This document shows, piece by piece, positions 20,609 through 29,997 of a stretch of DNA of 64,000 nt. A model generated the notes under the pieces. It was not told the DNA's origin and did no database searches. It saw only the letters and a program-made list of their open reading frames with translations. Each line of letters begins with the position of its first letter. Positions within the stretch are counted from its first letter, which is position 1. The stretch is from a virus, in IMG/VR virus record IMGVR_UViG_3300032323_003835, positions 47,206 through 111,205 of that record. One strand, given 5' to 3'. The translations under genes and the position numbers were made by a program.

Positions 20609-20842
20609 TTATTCTTCTTCGGTCTCTCCTTCTTCCTCTTCAGCTTCTTCAGCTTCATAATCATAAGGATCGTACTCAGCTTTAAATTCAGCTTCTTCCT
20701 CTTCTGGAGTTTCTTCCTCGAAATCTTCTGCGTATGACGGAGATGGACCTTCATTAGGATCTACCAGATTGTCAGCATCATACATGAATTGTGTCTCCTC
20801 TTTTACGTCGTCCCAACTTTCGAATAATTTAATGTGTTTCAT
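20609..20842 (-). CDS. Highly acidic small protein with MKHIKLFE N-terminus
   Basis: Shared N-terminal peptide; Glu-rich tail. Confidence 0.7.
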   Translation of the reverse strand: MKHIKLFESWDDVKEETQFMYDADNLVDPNEGPSPSYAEDFEEETPEEEEAEFKAEYDPYDYEAEEAEEEEGETEEE

Positions 20843-20880
20843 TTGCGTTATTATTTTTATATGTATTCCGAACCTATACC

Positions 20881-21711
20881 CTATCTTAACTCGTCGAAGG
20901 TATTTTTTACGTCTGTGGCAGTTTGGATGTCAGTCGGTTTGTTTGCATTAGCAGTTGCCGAAAGTATATTACCAAGAGCCTGCTGCATTAACTTAGAGCT
21001 TGGATCCTCCGGTGCTTTTCCAAACTCTCCTCCAACAGTTTCATCGTCAGGATAAACATCTTGTCCAGTTAATGGTGAAAGATTTGAGGCTTGACCTGTT
21101 AATGCTTTAGATATATTAGTTTCAAATTCCGGAGTTCTACTACTTTTAAAATAGTCGATAAATCCAACGAGGTTAGTACCGTCTATCTTTCTTTTGTTGA
21201 TCCCAACTCTATCTCCTTCACCGCTGAGCTGATCGTTGGTGTTACCCTCCATAGAAGTGAAAGATCTATCCTTCTCGTCAACCGAAACTACAATACCAGT
21301 ATGACCTAGACCTTTCCCTGGACGGGTCATAATAAAGATCTGACCAGGTCTGATTAAGCTTGGATTAGATTTTATTCGATCAACCGGAATTTTAGTATCA
21401 GCAGGAGCTTGGTTCCAGTGATTCAAACATCCTCCTGTTTTAACTACGCTTGTTGTTTTACCCAATCTCTTACAAAGCTCATCGAAGATATAGTAAACAA
21501 AGGCCATGCACCAAGGAAGACCTCCCGAAAGACCCACTGATTGTAAATATTTAGTAACCTCTGGACCCTTATTACTTCCCTTAGGTTGTTCTTTCGCGTC
21601 CTTATGGGATGCAAGAACACCAGCGAAAGTTTCACCTGCCCCGGAAGGGTCGCTAAGTGGAATTTGCTGTGCTTCCTGTACAAACAGGCTAAAATTTTTA
21701 ATTCTTCTCAT
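20881..21711 (-). CDS. CHAP-domain amidase with N-terminal MRRIKNF..QE peptide
   Basis: PWCMAFV, GHTGIV, SMEGNT; GGATATATAGA directly upstream. Confidence 0.8.
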   Translation of the reverse strand: MRRIKNFSLFVQEAQQIPLSDPSGAGETFAGVLASHKDAKEQPKGSNKGPEVTKYLQSVGLSGGLPWCMAFVYYIFDELCKRLGKTTSVVKTGGCLNHWNQAPADTKIPVDRIKSNPSLIRPGQIFIMTRPGKGLGHTGIVVSVDEKDRSFTSMEGNTNDQLSGEGDRVGINKRKIDGTNLVGFIDYFKSSRTPEFETNISKALTGQASNLSPLTGQDVYPDDETVGGEFGKAPEDPSSKLMQQALGNILSATANANKPTDIQTATDVKNTFDELR

Positions 21712-21769
21712 GATTCTATATATCCGGTTGCATTTTTTTGTTTCGTAGAATCTTTATATATTTGGACAT

Positions 21770-22393
21770 ATGCAAAGATTTATATTAATTATTTTCTGCT
21801 TGATGTCAATTAGAGCAAACTCACAGGTAGTAATTATTGCGGGGGATCTTACCAGGGCAGGGGATCTTATCGATAATAGAATAGTCTACGATAATAAACT
21901 TGGATGGAGGATAGATTGTAAAAAACTAGAGGATATTATTATCTCAGATTTAAATAGATTCAGAAGAAAAAACAATCTTAATAGATTAAAGATTTCAGAG
22001 AGATGCGACAGCGTGGCCAGAGAGCAAACAAGATACATGATAAAGAGTGGCAATTTTTCACACGAGAGAGATTCATTAGATTTCACGCAAAGAATAAGAC
22101 TAGTCATAGGAAAGGGTCACTTTGGGGAAAATCTATTTCGGGAAGAAACCCCTGCTCCCTTAGACCTTTATAGAGAAAATTACGAGAAGATAAAATCGAA
22201 GTATCCAGGATTTAATTTCATGTGGGAAGCAGATAGAGCGACCTACACCATGCTTGCAAGTGAGATCATAAAAAAGTGGATTGATTCTCCTTCCCATTAT
22301 AAGAATTTGATCAATCCACTTTGGAATTATTTTTCGGTCAGTTCAGTTTCGACAGGTAAAGGAATTTATGTTACCCTTGTATTCGAAGAATGA
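21770..22393 (+). CDS. CAP/SCP-domain secreted protein
   Basis: Signal peptide; LNRFR, FSH, GENL, WIDSPSHYKNL. Confidence 0.75.
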   Translation: MQRFILIIFCLMSIRANSQVVIIAGDLTRAGDLIDNRIVYDNKLGWRIDCKKLEDIIISDLNRFRRKNNLNRLKISERCDSVAREQTRYMIKSGNFSHERDSLDFTQRIRLVIGKGHFGENLFREETPAPLDLYRENYEKIKSKYPGFNFMWEADRATYTMLASEIIKKWIDSPSHYKNLINPLWNYFSVSSVSTGKGIYVTLVFEE

Positions 22394-23677
22394 TTAAAAC
22401 TTAGGACAAGACATGCTGCCCCATTTTCTTTTACTTTCCAATCTGTAAAATAACATGTTCCAGTCAATATTGAGTCTAAGCTTAGGTATCCTAAATTTAG
22501 GTTTCTTACCTGCTGTAATAGTCACGAAGAAAGCTTTTTCCTTAACCTCTATTGGTTTTTTAGGATCTACCTTAATTGGTTCTGGTTTAGTTTCTGCTCC
22601 TTTAACCGGTTCTTCCTTTTTAGTGTCATTAAAAACTATTCCAGCTTCTACCGAAACTTTTTGATACTTCTTCAGAGCTTGTTTATTTGCATCGGTTTTA
22701 TCCCATTCTTCACCGGATGTCCCAGTTAAATCCGTTCCAACAGGCTGAGACGCATAAGCAACCGTGGATTTTTTACCTGCATTGGTGCCTTTAGTCGATT
22801 TTTCTATTTTGGTGTCACCGTCAATTAATACCCCAATCTTAGCTAATTCTTCTTTTAAATACTTAATGGTAGATTCTGCTCTAAGATCAGAGAGTTCGGC
22901 AAAAGTATGTTTCTTTTTATCCTCAGGAGAAACTCCGTTTGGAATAGTAGAAGAAGATGTTGTAATCTTCAGAGAATTAAGATATGATTTAGGTTTGCCG
23001 TCCGGCGGGTTTAATTTAGAGATTGCTTCCTTAGAAGGATTTATCACATTTTCAGTTAACCACGTTTTAAATTTCTCCGAAAGTGTCCAACTATTAAACT
23101 CAAAGAAATCTGAAGTGTCAATATCTTGAGGAATTTCTAGTTTAACCTCTGGGTATAATATCGGAGGAGTGTCAGAAGATTTAGGATCTGTTGATTCGCC
23201 AGGAGCTCCAGGGGTTTCGCGATTATTATAAAAATCAGCAGCATATATTTTTACATTCTTACCTAGATCTAATGGTGCTTTTCTATCCACTGGTTCTCCC
23301 TTGTAATCCTTCGGAAGCTTGTCATGAGTTGCATACACAATAAACATGGCATACTTCTCTGGAAATTTTTCTTTAAACCCCTCAAGAGCTGTCTTAGATT
23401 GATCGTCGCCAACAATTTTCAAAACTCTTTCTTCACAATCTGTAAATCCTTCGGTGTTCATCCAGTCTAAAAGGCTCATATCTTTGGTTAGTCCTTTTGC
23501 TAATGGATATCCCTCTGCCTTGTAATTATTATAGGATTTCAATGATGAAAATCCAACTTTACTTGTTCCAGAAGCGTCCTGATCGTTTGCTTTGAATCCC
23601 CACACGTAGTAAGGATCTTCTTGCTCGTTCATTGCACTTTCATCATTCCATGATTTAAATTCTACTAAATACTTCAT
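22394..23677 (-). CDS. Hypothetical protein with MKYLVEF..E N-terminus
   Basis: 427-aa ORF; GGATATATAAG upstream; LSDLRA resembles an OmpA-like motif (weak). Confidence 0.65.
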   Translation of the reverse strand: MKYLVEFKSWNDESAMNEQEDPYYVWGFKANDQDASGTSKVGFSSLKSYNNYKAEGYPLAKGLTKDMSLLDWMNTEGFTDCEERVLKIVGDDQSKTALEGFKEKFPEKYAMFIVYATHDKLPKDYKGEPVDRKAPLDLGKNVKIYAADFYNNRETPGAPGESTDPKSSDTPPILYPEVKLEIPQDIDTSDFFEFNSWTLSEKFKTWLTENVINPSKEAISKLNPPDGKPKSYLNSLKITTSSSTIPNGVSPEDKKKHTFAELSDLRAESTIKYLKEELAKIGVLIDGDTKIEKSTKGTNAGKKSTVAYASQPVGTDLTGTSGEEWDKTDANKQALKKYQKVSVEAGIVFNDTKKEEPVKGAETKPEPIKVDPKKPIEVKEKAFFVTITAGKKPKFRIPKLRLNIDWNMLFYRLESKRKWGSMSCPKF

Positions 23678-23715
23678 GTTTTTATTATTTCACTTATATA
23701 TCCAAGGAATGTCGA

Positions 23716-24147
23716 TTAGAGTTGCTCGATCGAAATAATATCGTCGCCCTGCTTAATCTGATCCAGTACATCTAATCCTCCTATTACCTTTCCAAAACAG
23801 GTATGATTATGATCTAGGTGTTGTGTACCCTGACGGTTAAAGCAGATGAAGAATTGAGATCCCCCAGTGTTACGACCAGCATGTGCCATACTTAATACTC
23901 CACGATCATGAACCTGCATTTGACCCCCGGTCTCGCATGGGATTGTCCATCCTGGTCCACCGTCTCCTCTTTTATTAGGACAACCTCCTTGTGCTACAAA
24001 TCCCGGAATCACCCTATGGAAGTTTAATCCGTTATAGAATCCTTGATTGGATAGTTTTAAAAAGTTAGCAACAGTAACTGGGGTTGCCTCATCATAAAGG
24101 TCTGCGATCATTTCGCCCTTTGTAGTTGTAATTTTAACTTGACTCAT
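23716..24147 (-). CDS. Cyclophilin-type peptidyl-prolyl isomerase
   Basis: FHRVIPGFVAQGG, SMAHAGRNTGGSQFF, HLD..HTCFGKV. Confidence 0.92.
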   Translation of the reverse strand: MSQVKITTTKGEMIADLYDEATPVTVANFLKLSNQGFYNGLNFHRVIPGFVAQGGCPNKRGDGGPGWTIPCETGGQMQVHDRGVLSMAHAGRNTGGSQFFICFNRQGTQHLDHNHTCFGKVIGGLDVLDQIKQGDDIISIEQL

Positions 24148-24584
24148 ATATTTGTTTTTAAATGTTAACGTATCTCATCCAGTAATAAAGAATGACTATC
24201 AGCAAAACTGTGATTGCTAATTTCTCTTGTGGGGTGGGTTCTGGATTATCCTTTCTCTTCATTTTTCTTATCAAATGTAATTTTAACGGCATCTCTCTCT
24301 AGCTTAGAGATTCTTCTAGAGATCTCTTCGGTTCTATCTTCTTGCTCACCGATCATAGAAAATATTTTATATACCAGAACCACAAACACAACACATATAA
24401 ATACTGCCATAGAATTTTTAATTTAACTATTATAGCTCTTCGTGTCAGTATATTTCAGAAATTGTCTAAATGTGTCACAGCACTTGAATCAACCACCAGA
24501 CTAGAAATCCGAGCAAAAGAGCGGAGGAAAGAGCGAATAATGCCTTTTTCATACCTATTTTAATTTACACATCTGCACATTCTT

Positions 24585-25715
24585 TTAAAATCCAAGCTCA
24601 CCTAGATCTGCAAGGGTTGAAGCCGCGTCTCCAATTCTCTTGGAAACAGCATCAAATGCCTCCGGATAATTTTTCTTAAGCAGAATCATCGCTTCTGGGG
24701 TAAGATATTTGGCATCAATATTCGATGCTCTATCTAAAATAAACGGACCAAAAAGATTAGGATGCACACTTAAACCCTCCAGCCATCCTTCAAAATTCCA
24801 TTTCTTTATTTCGAAGGTATCCATCTTTTTTGGCCAATCTGGTGCATATTCGAACTTTCCCCCTATTTTTAAAGGTGCCCCAAATAATGAGGTAAGTTTT
24901 GAGCCGATAAAAAATCTTCCGCCAACCCTTAGAGGTGATCCTTCTAATGAATATAGGTTACTTCCTGTGCAAAGAAATTCTCTTCCAACATCCAAAGGTC
25001 CTCCTTTTAGTGAGGTAAGTTTATCATTACCGTATAATCTAAATGATGCTCCTACCTTCTCAGGAGATCCTTCTAATGAGGTAAGTCCTATATCCATGGC
25101 CACAAAATCATGGAGAATCTCACCAAACTTAACTCCTCTAAATCCAAGATTGGTTCCTTGTGCTTCAAAATTTCCTAGAACGTCAATTTTTCCGGTTGTT
25201 TCGTTGATCCTCCATGTTTTCTTTGATGATTTATCCAGCCAATTAACTATGGATGGTGTAAGATTATATTTTTTATAAAGATCACCAAGAGGATCATCAA
25301 TCCCTGTTCTATCCAAAATCTCTTCCCTAATTTTTGGAAGTTCATCCAGATATTTTATCATCTCCGGGTTGTTCTTCATAAGGGTATCTAAATCATCAAT
25401 GGATACCTGGGTAATTCCTTTTTTAATAAATCTAGTAATCACATACCCTAACATTTTGGGCATTGGATTTTCCAATTGATATTGATAAACATAACCTTGA
25501 CTAGATGTTCTCACATATCCAGCTGAAGTAATTCTAAGTTTTACCCCGGAGTATGGACTATGTATTGTAAGGGTTCCGTTTTTATTGATGTCATAAATTT
25601 CAAAACCCATTAGCCTTAGAAATTTCCATTCGGGAAGATCTTGCCATGCACCAGCCCAGTCCTCTACTGTAACAATTTTAGATTCAAATATTTTAAAATT
25701 CTTTAGATGCTTCAT
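24585..25715 (-). CDS. LRR-like repeat protein with MKHLKNFKIFE N-terminus and ADLGELGF C-terminus
   Basis: LTSLEGSPxxVG repeats; start taken at 25715. Confidence 0.75.
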   Translation of the reverse strand: MKHLKNFKIFESKIVTVEDWAGAWQDLPEWKFLRLMGFEIYDINKNGTLTIHSPYSGVKLRITSAGYVRTSSQGYVYQYQLENPMPKMLGYVITRFIKKGITQVSIDDLDTLMKNNPEMIKYLDELPKIREEILDRTGIDDPLGDLYKKYNLTPSIVNWLDKSSKKTWRINETTGKIDVLGNFEAQGTNLGFRGVKFGEILHDFVAMDIGLTSLEGSPEKVGASFRLYGNDKLTSLKGGPLDVGREFLCTGSNLYSLEGSPLRVGGRFFIGSKLTSLFGAPLKIGGKFEYAPDWPKKMDTFEIKKWNFEGWLEGLSVHPNLFGPFILDRASNIDAKYLTPEAMILLKKNYPEAFDAVSKRIGDAASTLADLGELGF

Positions 25716-25719
25716 ACCT

Positions 25720-26142
25720 TTATCTTTTTCCTTCGAGAACAACCTTTAGTCCATTGTTTCTGTCGATGTACATCCATTCACATGAAATGAGACCAAATTG
25801 GTCAAAATGATCTAGCACCTCGTCAGCTGAAAATTGTGAACATGAATAAATGTCAAATTGGAAGAAAGCAGGATCTTTGGCATCCCAAACGTGGATGGCT
25901 GCATGTGAAGTAGCTAATGTAACAGTACCTGTGATACCTTCGTTACCTGGTTCATTCACGTAAACCGAGGTTGGTCCGGCAACAACTACCATTCTAACTC
26001 TTTCGACTAGATCTTTTAGCCACTGGTTTAAAACCTCTTCCTCTCTGGGAGGATTTTGAATATGACCTCTAACTAGGAGGTGGAGGTGATTGGGAACGAA
26101 CCCCGCTAATGTTTCTTTTTCTGTATGTGTATTCTCTTGCAT
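25720..26142 (-). CDS. speD: Pyruvoyl-dependent S-adenosylmethionine decarboxylase-like proenzyme
   Basis: HLL, GITG...LATSHAAIHVW, DIYSC. Confidence 0.7.
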   Translation of the reverse strand: MQENTHTEKETLAGFVPNHLHLLVRGHIQNPPREEEVLNQWLKDLVERVRMVVVAGPTSVYVNEPGNEGITGTVTLATSHAAIHVWDAKDPAFFQFDIYSCSQFSADEVLDHFDQFGLISCEWMYIDRNNGLKVVLEGKR

Positions 26143-26154
26143 GGATCTATATAT

Positions 26155-27387
26155 TTAAAATCCTAACTCTCCTAAATCTGCAAGAGTTGAAGCACCGTCT
26201 CCAATTTTCTTGGAAACAATATTGAATCCCTCCGGAGAATTTTTTTTAAGCATAATCATTATTTCTGGAGTAATAAATGGTCTAAGATCTTTGACATCTA
26301 TCTCTTGTACCCTATCTAAAAGGAATTCGCTAAAAAGCCTTGGACTTATTCTGAAACTATCAATCCATCCCTTTAAATTCCATTTAATTCTATTTATGTG
26401 ATTATCATAACCAAAAAGTCCACCAATCTTCAGAGGTGCTCCCTCCATGGAGTCAAATGGATTTCCATGACAAGCAAAATTACCTTCAACCTCCAGCGGT
26501 GCTCCTTCTAGGGAGGTAAGTAGATTATTACTACAATGAAAACCCCCACCTATCTTCTGCGGAGATCCTTTTAGAGAAACGAGTTTATTGTTATAGCAAT
26601 TAAAATCACCACCAACACTCTGTGGTGCTCCTTCTAGAGACGTAAGTTTATTTCCCGAACAATCAAATTTCCCACCAACCTCTGTTGGTGATCCCGCTAA
26701 AGAGGTAATTTTATTGTTATGGCAATCAAAATCCCAACCTACCTCTTGAGGTGCTCCCGTCAGGGAAGTAAGTTGATTTCCCCCACAATCAAAATGCCTT
26801 CCTATCCTCCGAGGTGCTCCTACTAGGGATGTAAGACGATTACGAGAACAATCAAAAAACCCTTCAACCTCCAGCGGTGCTCCCTCTAGAGAGGTAAGTT
26901 CATTATCAGAACAATAGAAAGTACCCCCGACCTCTTGCGGTGATCCTTTTAGAGAAGCGAGTTTATTGTTATAGCAATTAAAATCACCACCAACACTCTG
27001 TGGTGCTCCCTCTAGAGAAATTAGTTTATTACTGTAACAATGAAAGTTCCCACCAACCTTCCGCGGTGCTCCGTTTAACGAAGTAAGTTTATTATCGTTA
27101 CAGACAAAATTCCCTCCTACCTCTTGGGGTGCTCCTTTTAGAGAGGTAAGATTGTTTACGATATCAAAAACAATAAAATCACCAGTCACCACTCCAAAGG
27201 AAACAGGCAGCACTTTTTTCTTACTATCCGAGATCATAAAGTCACCATCAACATCAATTAGTCCAGTTTGCGGATTTAAAGACCATGTACCTGTACCCGA
27301 ATGGGTTCCCATATTCAGAAAAGACCTCTGTGACGGGGTTAAGTCGGAAGCAGATTCAAACAAGGAAAATTTCTTTAGATATTTCAT
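26155..27387 (-). CDS. LRR-like repeat protein with MKYLKKFSLFE N-terminus and ADLGELGF C-terminus
   Basis: About 12 repeats of 22 aa (LTSLxGAPxxVGGxFxCxxN). Confidence 0.8.
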   Translation of the reverse strand: MKYLKKFSLFESASDLTPSQRSFLNMGTHSGTGTWSLNPQTGLIDVDGDFMISDSKKKVLPVSFGVVTGDFIVFDIVNNLTSLKGAPQEVGGNFVCNDNKLTSLNGAPRKVGGNFHCYSNKLISLEGAPQSVGGDFNCYNNKLASLKGSPQEVGGTFYCSDNELTSLEGAPLEVEGFFDCSRNRLTSLVGAPRRIGRHFDCGGNQLTSLTGAPQEVGWDFDCHNNKITSLAGSPTEVGGKFDCSGNKLTSLEGAPQSVGGDFNCYNNKLVSLKGSPQKIGGGFHCSNNLLTSLEGAPLEVEGNFACHGNPFDSMEGAPLKIGGLFGYDNHINRIKWNLKGWIDSFRISPRLFSEFLLDRVQEIDVKDLRPFITPEIMIMLKKNSPEGFNIVSKKIGDGASTLADLGELGF

Positions 27388-27571
27388 TCCTTTATATATT
27401 TAAAATCCTAACTCACAACCGGACAAAGTTATAATATTTATATTTTTATCAAATCGGAAAAATTATCGGATCTATCATTTCGAATATGCTTGTAATAAGA
27501 GATAGAAAAAGATTCGGTCCTTAATTTATTCCATGTAGTAGCGAATATATATTATAGTCAATAAAATAAAA

Positions 27572-28084
27572 ATGATGAGGTATATTAAAAGCTACGACGA
27601 AAAATCAAATATAAACGAATCTGAAGAATATCCCGGATTGTACAAGGTATCAATAGATTTAATGCTCGACAGTGATTATGTAGATCCTATAATATATTTG
27701 CAGGAAATAATTGATCAGTTCCATGTTCAAATTATAAATATGCATCCCATAGGTCAAGGAGGGGGTAGCACAGAAGTAGTTTTTAGAGGGAAAGCTACTG
27801 ACATTATGAGACTATTAAAATATCAAGAGGATCGTGCAAATTTTACCGGAGAAGAAACCAAGGATTTTGTAACAATTACAAATTTACCAAATCCTGCCGA
27901 GGATGATGGGTGGGAATATTTCGAAGAATTTGCAGTACCAGATTCCCCTATCCCTTTCAGTGTTCAATCTCTTCCTAGATTTTCTACAGACAAGAATAGA
28001 AGATATATCAATTTGGACGGAACAGCAATTGATGCATCAGGAAGAGAACGACTCAAAGATATGTTCTCAACTAAGAACAATTAA
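27572..28084 (+). CDS. Hypothetical protein with MRYIKSY..INE N-terminus
   Basis: Opposite-strand gene between two LRR paralogs; GAATATATA upstream. Confidence 0.65.
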   Translation: MMRYIKSYDEKSNINESEEYPGLYKVSIDLMLDSDYVDPIIYLQEIIDQFHVQIINMHPIGQGGGSTEVVFRGKATDIMRLLKYQEDRANFTGEETKDFVTITNLPNPAEDDGWEYFEEFAVPDSPIPFSVQSLPRFSTDKNRRYINLDGTAIDASGRERLKDMFSTKNN

Positions 28085-28103
28085 GAAGATTATCACTCGA
28101 AAT

Positions 28104-29258
28104 TTAAAATCCTAGATCACCTAGGTCTGCAGCGGTGGTAGCTCCTTCCCCAAATCTCTTAGCCAGAATCTTAAAGGTCTCTGGTAATTTTTTTCTGATG
28201 ATATTAAGGTCTTCCGGAGAGAGATCTCTAGGATCTATTTTTTCCGCCATGTTTGCAATAAAAGGTAAAAAAAGATCTGGGTCTTGCTCCATTCCCTGTA
28301 GCCAACCTTTTATATTCCATTTAATATCCGAAAAACGAGGGTGATATGAAAAATTACCTCCGATTCTCATCGGTGCACCCTCTAGAGAGGTAAGCGGATT
28401 GTATACACAGAGAAAATTTCTTCCGACCTCGATCGGCGCTCCTTCTAGAGAAGTGAGCTCGTTACTTTCACAACTAAAATTATCACTAACACCCTGTGGT
28501 GATCCTATTAAAGAGGTAAGATTATTTCTATCACAACGAAAATAAGGTCTAATTCCCTGTGGTGCTCCTACTAGGGATGTAAGACGATTACTACTACAAT
28601 CAAAACCACCCCCGATCTTAGAAGGTATTCCCTCCAGAGAGGTAAGCTCGTTGTTGCCACAATCGAAACCCCCTCCTACATCCTGTGGTGCTCCCTCTAA
28701 GGAGGTAAGTTGATTAGTATAACATATAAAATCGCCACCAACACTCGGGGGTGCTCCTGCTAGAGACGTAAGTTTATTTCCCGAACAATCAAATACCCCA
28801 CCAACCTCTGTTGGGGATCCCGCTAAAGAGGTAATTTTATTTTCCCGACATCTAAAATTCCCTCCTACATTCTGAGGTGCTCCTGTCAGAGAAGTAAGTT
28901 CATTTCCCCCACAATCAAAATTCCCTCCTATCCTCCGAGGTGCTCCCTCTAGAGAGGTAAGACGGATAACCCTACAAATAAAATTTCCTCCAACCTCTTG
29001 GGGAGCTCCTTTTAGGGAGGTGAAACTGTTTTTATATTGTTTAAAAGCAAAATTTCCCGACACAACACCAAATGAAACTGGCAGTAATGTTCTGGTAGTT
29101 TCACCAACACTAAAATCTCCATCAACGTCAATCAGACCGGTTTGAGAATTTAATGACCAGGTTCCACCACTTTGGGTTCCTTTGTTTAGGAAAGCTATCT
29201 GAGGGACGGATAGTTTGAAAGAGGATTCAAATAAGGAAAATTTCTTTAGATATTTCAC
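28104..29258 (-). CDS. LRR-like repeat protein, paralog of 26155..27387
   Basis: Same N-terminal 12 aa, about 11 repeats of 22 aa, C-terminus ADLGDLGF. Confidence 0.8.
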   Translation of the reverse strand: MKYLKKFSLFESSFKLSVPQIAFLNKGTQSGGTWSLNSQTGLIDVDGDFSVGETTRTLLPVSFGVVSGNFAFKQYKNSFTSLKGAPQEVGGNFICRVIRLTSLEGAPRRIGGNFDCGGNELTSLTGAPQNVGGNFRCRENKITSLAGSPTEVGGVFDCSGNKLTSLAGAPPSVGGDFICYTNQLTSLEGAPQDVGGGFDCGNNELTSLEGIPSKIGGGFDCSSNRLTSLVGAPQGIRPYFRCDRNNLTSLIGSPQGVSDNFSCESNELTSLEGAPIEVGRNFLCVYNPLTSLEGAPMRIGGNFSYHPRFSDIKWNIKGWLQGMEQDPDLFLPFIANMAEKIDPRDLSPEDLNIIRKKLPETFKILAKRFGEGATTAADLGDLGF

Positions 29259-29269
29259 CCTGTATATAT

Positions 29270-29926
29270 TTAGAATCCTAACTCGCCTAGGTCTGCAATT
29301 GTGTTAGCGCCTGGGTTGGCACTCAGGGTCTGCCAGATGGCGGGAAATCTTTGACGCAGGACTCTTGCAACTTCTGGTTTAACTTTCGCGGATAGAATCC
29401 CCTTCAGATGTGTGATAAGAAATTTAAGATCCTCTATGTCATAGGCATGTCCCTCAAAGAGCGAGATGTTAGAATTAATAAGCTCTACGTGTTCTTTCCT
29501 AATGAGGGTATCAGGGAAGATCTCCGCGTCACAAATGAGAAGGACAAGATCCGTCCAAAGGGATCTTAAACAATCTTCTGCTGTGGGAAAGTCCCCTCCA
29601 TGAAAATATACATTACCATATCCACTAACAGGCCTATATCCCCAGGACCACATAATATCTACATCGGAGGTTGTTAAATTAGGACCAAAATTGGCATTTT
29701 TCTTTATATAATTGGTTTCAACAGTAGGAAATACCGTAGTACCACCACGTTTAACGTACGAAAATCTAGCCCAGGTCTTAAACTTTTCCGAAGCCATGCC
29801 TGTAGTTTTATTAATAGCAAGCAGATCTCTGCCCGCCTGGGTTTCTTCTAGAGCATACTTAAGTTCACTCTCAAGATCTTGTCTTGTCTTATTTTCGTAG
29901 AGTGTATAGGTCTGGAGGTGTTTCAT
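29270..29926 (-). CDS. Hypothetical protein with MKHLQTYTLYE N-terminus and ADLGELGF C-terminus
   Basis: Shares both terminal tags with the LRR paralogs but has no LRR. Confidence 0.7.
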   Translation of the reverse strand: MKHLQTYTLYENKTRQDLESELKYALEETQAGRDLLAINKTTGMASEKFKTWARFSYVKRGGTTVFPTVETNYIKKNANFGPNLTTSDVDIMWSWGYRPVSGYGNVYFHGGDFPTAEDCLRSLWTDLVLLICDAEIFPDTLIRKEHVELINSNISLFEGHAYDIEDLKFLITHLKGILSAKVKPEVARVLRQRFPAIWQTLSANPGANTIADLGELGF

Positions 29927-29997
29927 TGACTTATATATCTTTGTTCATCTAGATCAAGACCCCTAAATGGGTTTGGAAAACAGGATCCCGGAAAGGA

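Noticed and set aside
24585-29258. Diversity-generating retroelement acting on the LRR genes
   Set aside because: No reverse transcriptase in the window, and repeat differences are not restricted to adenines
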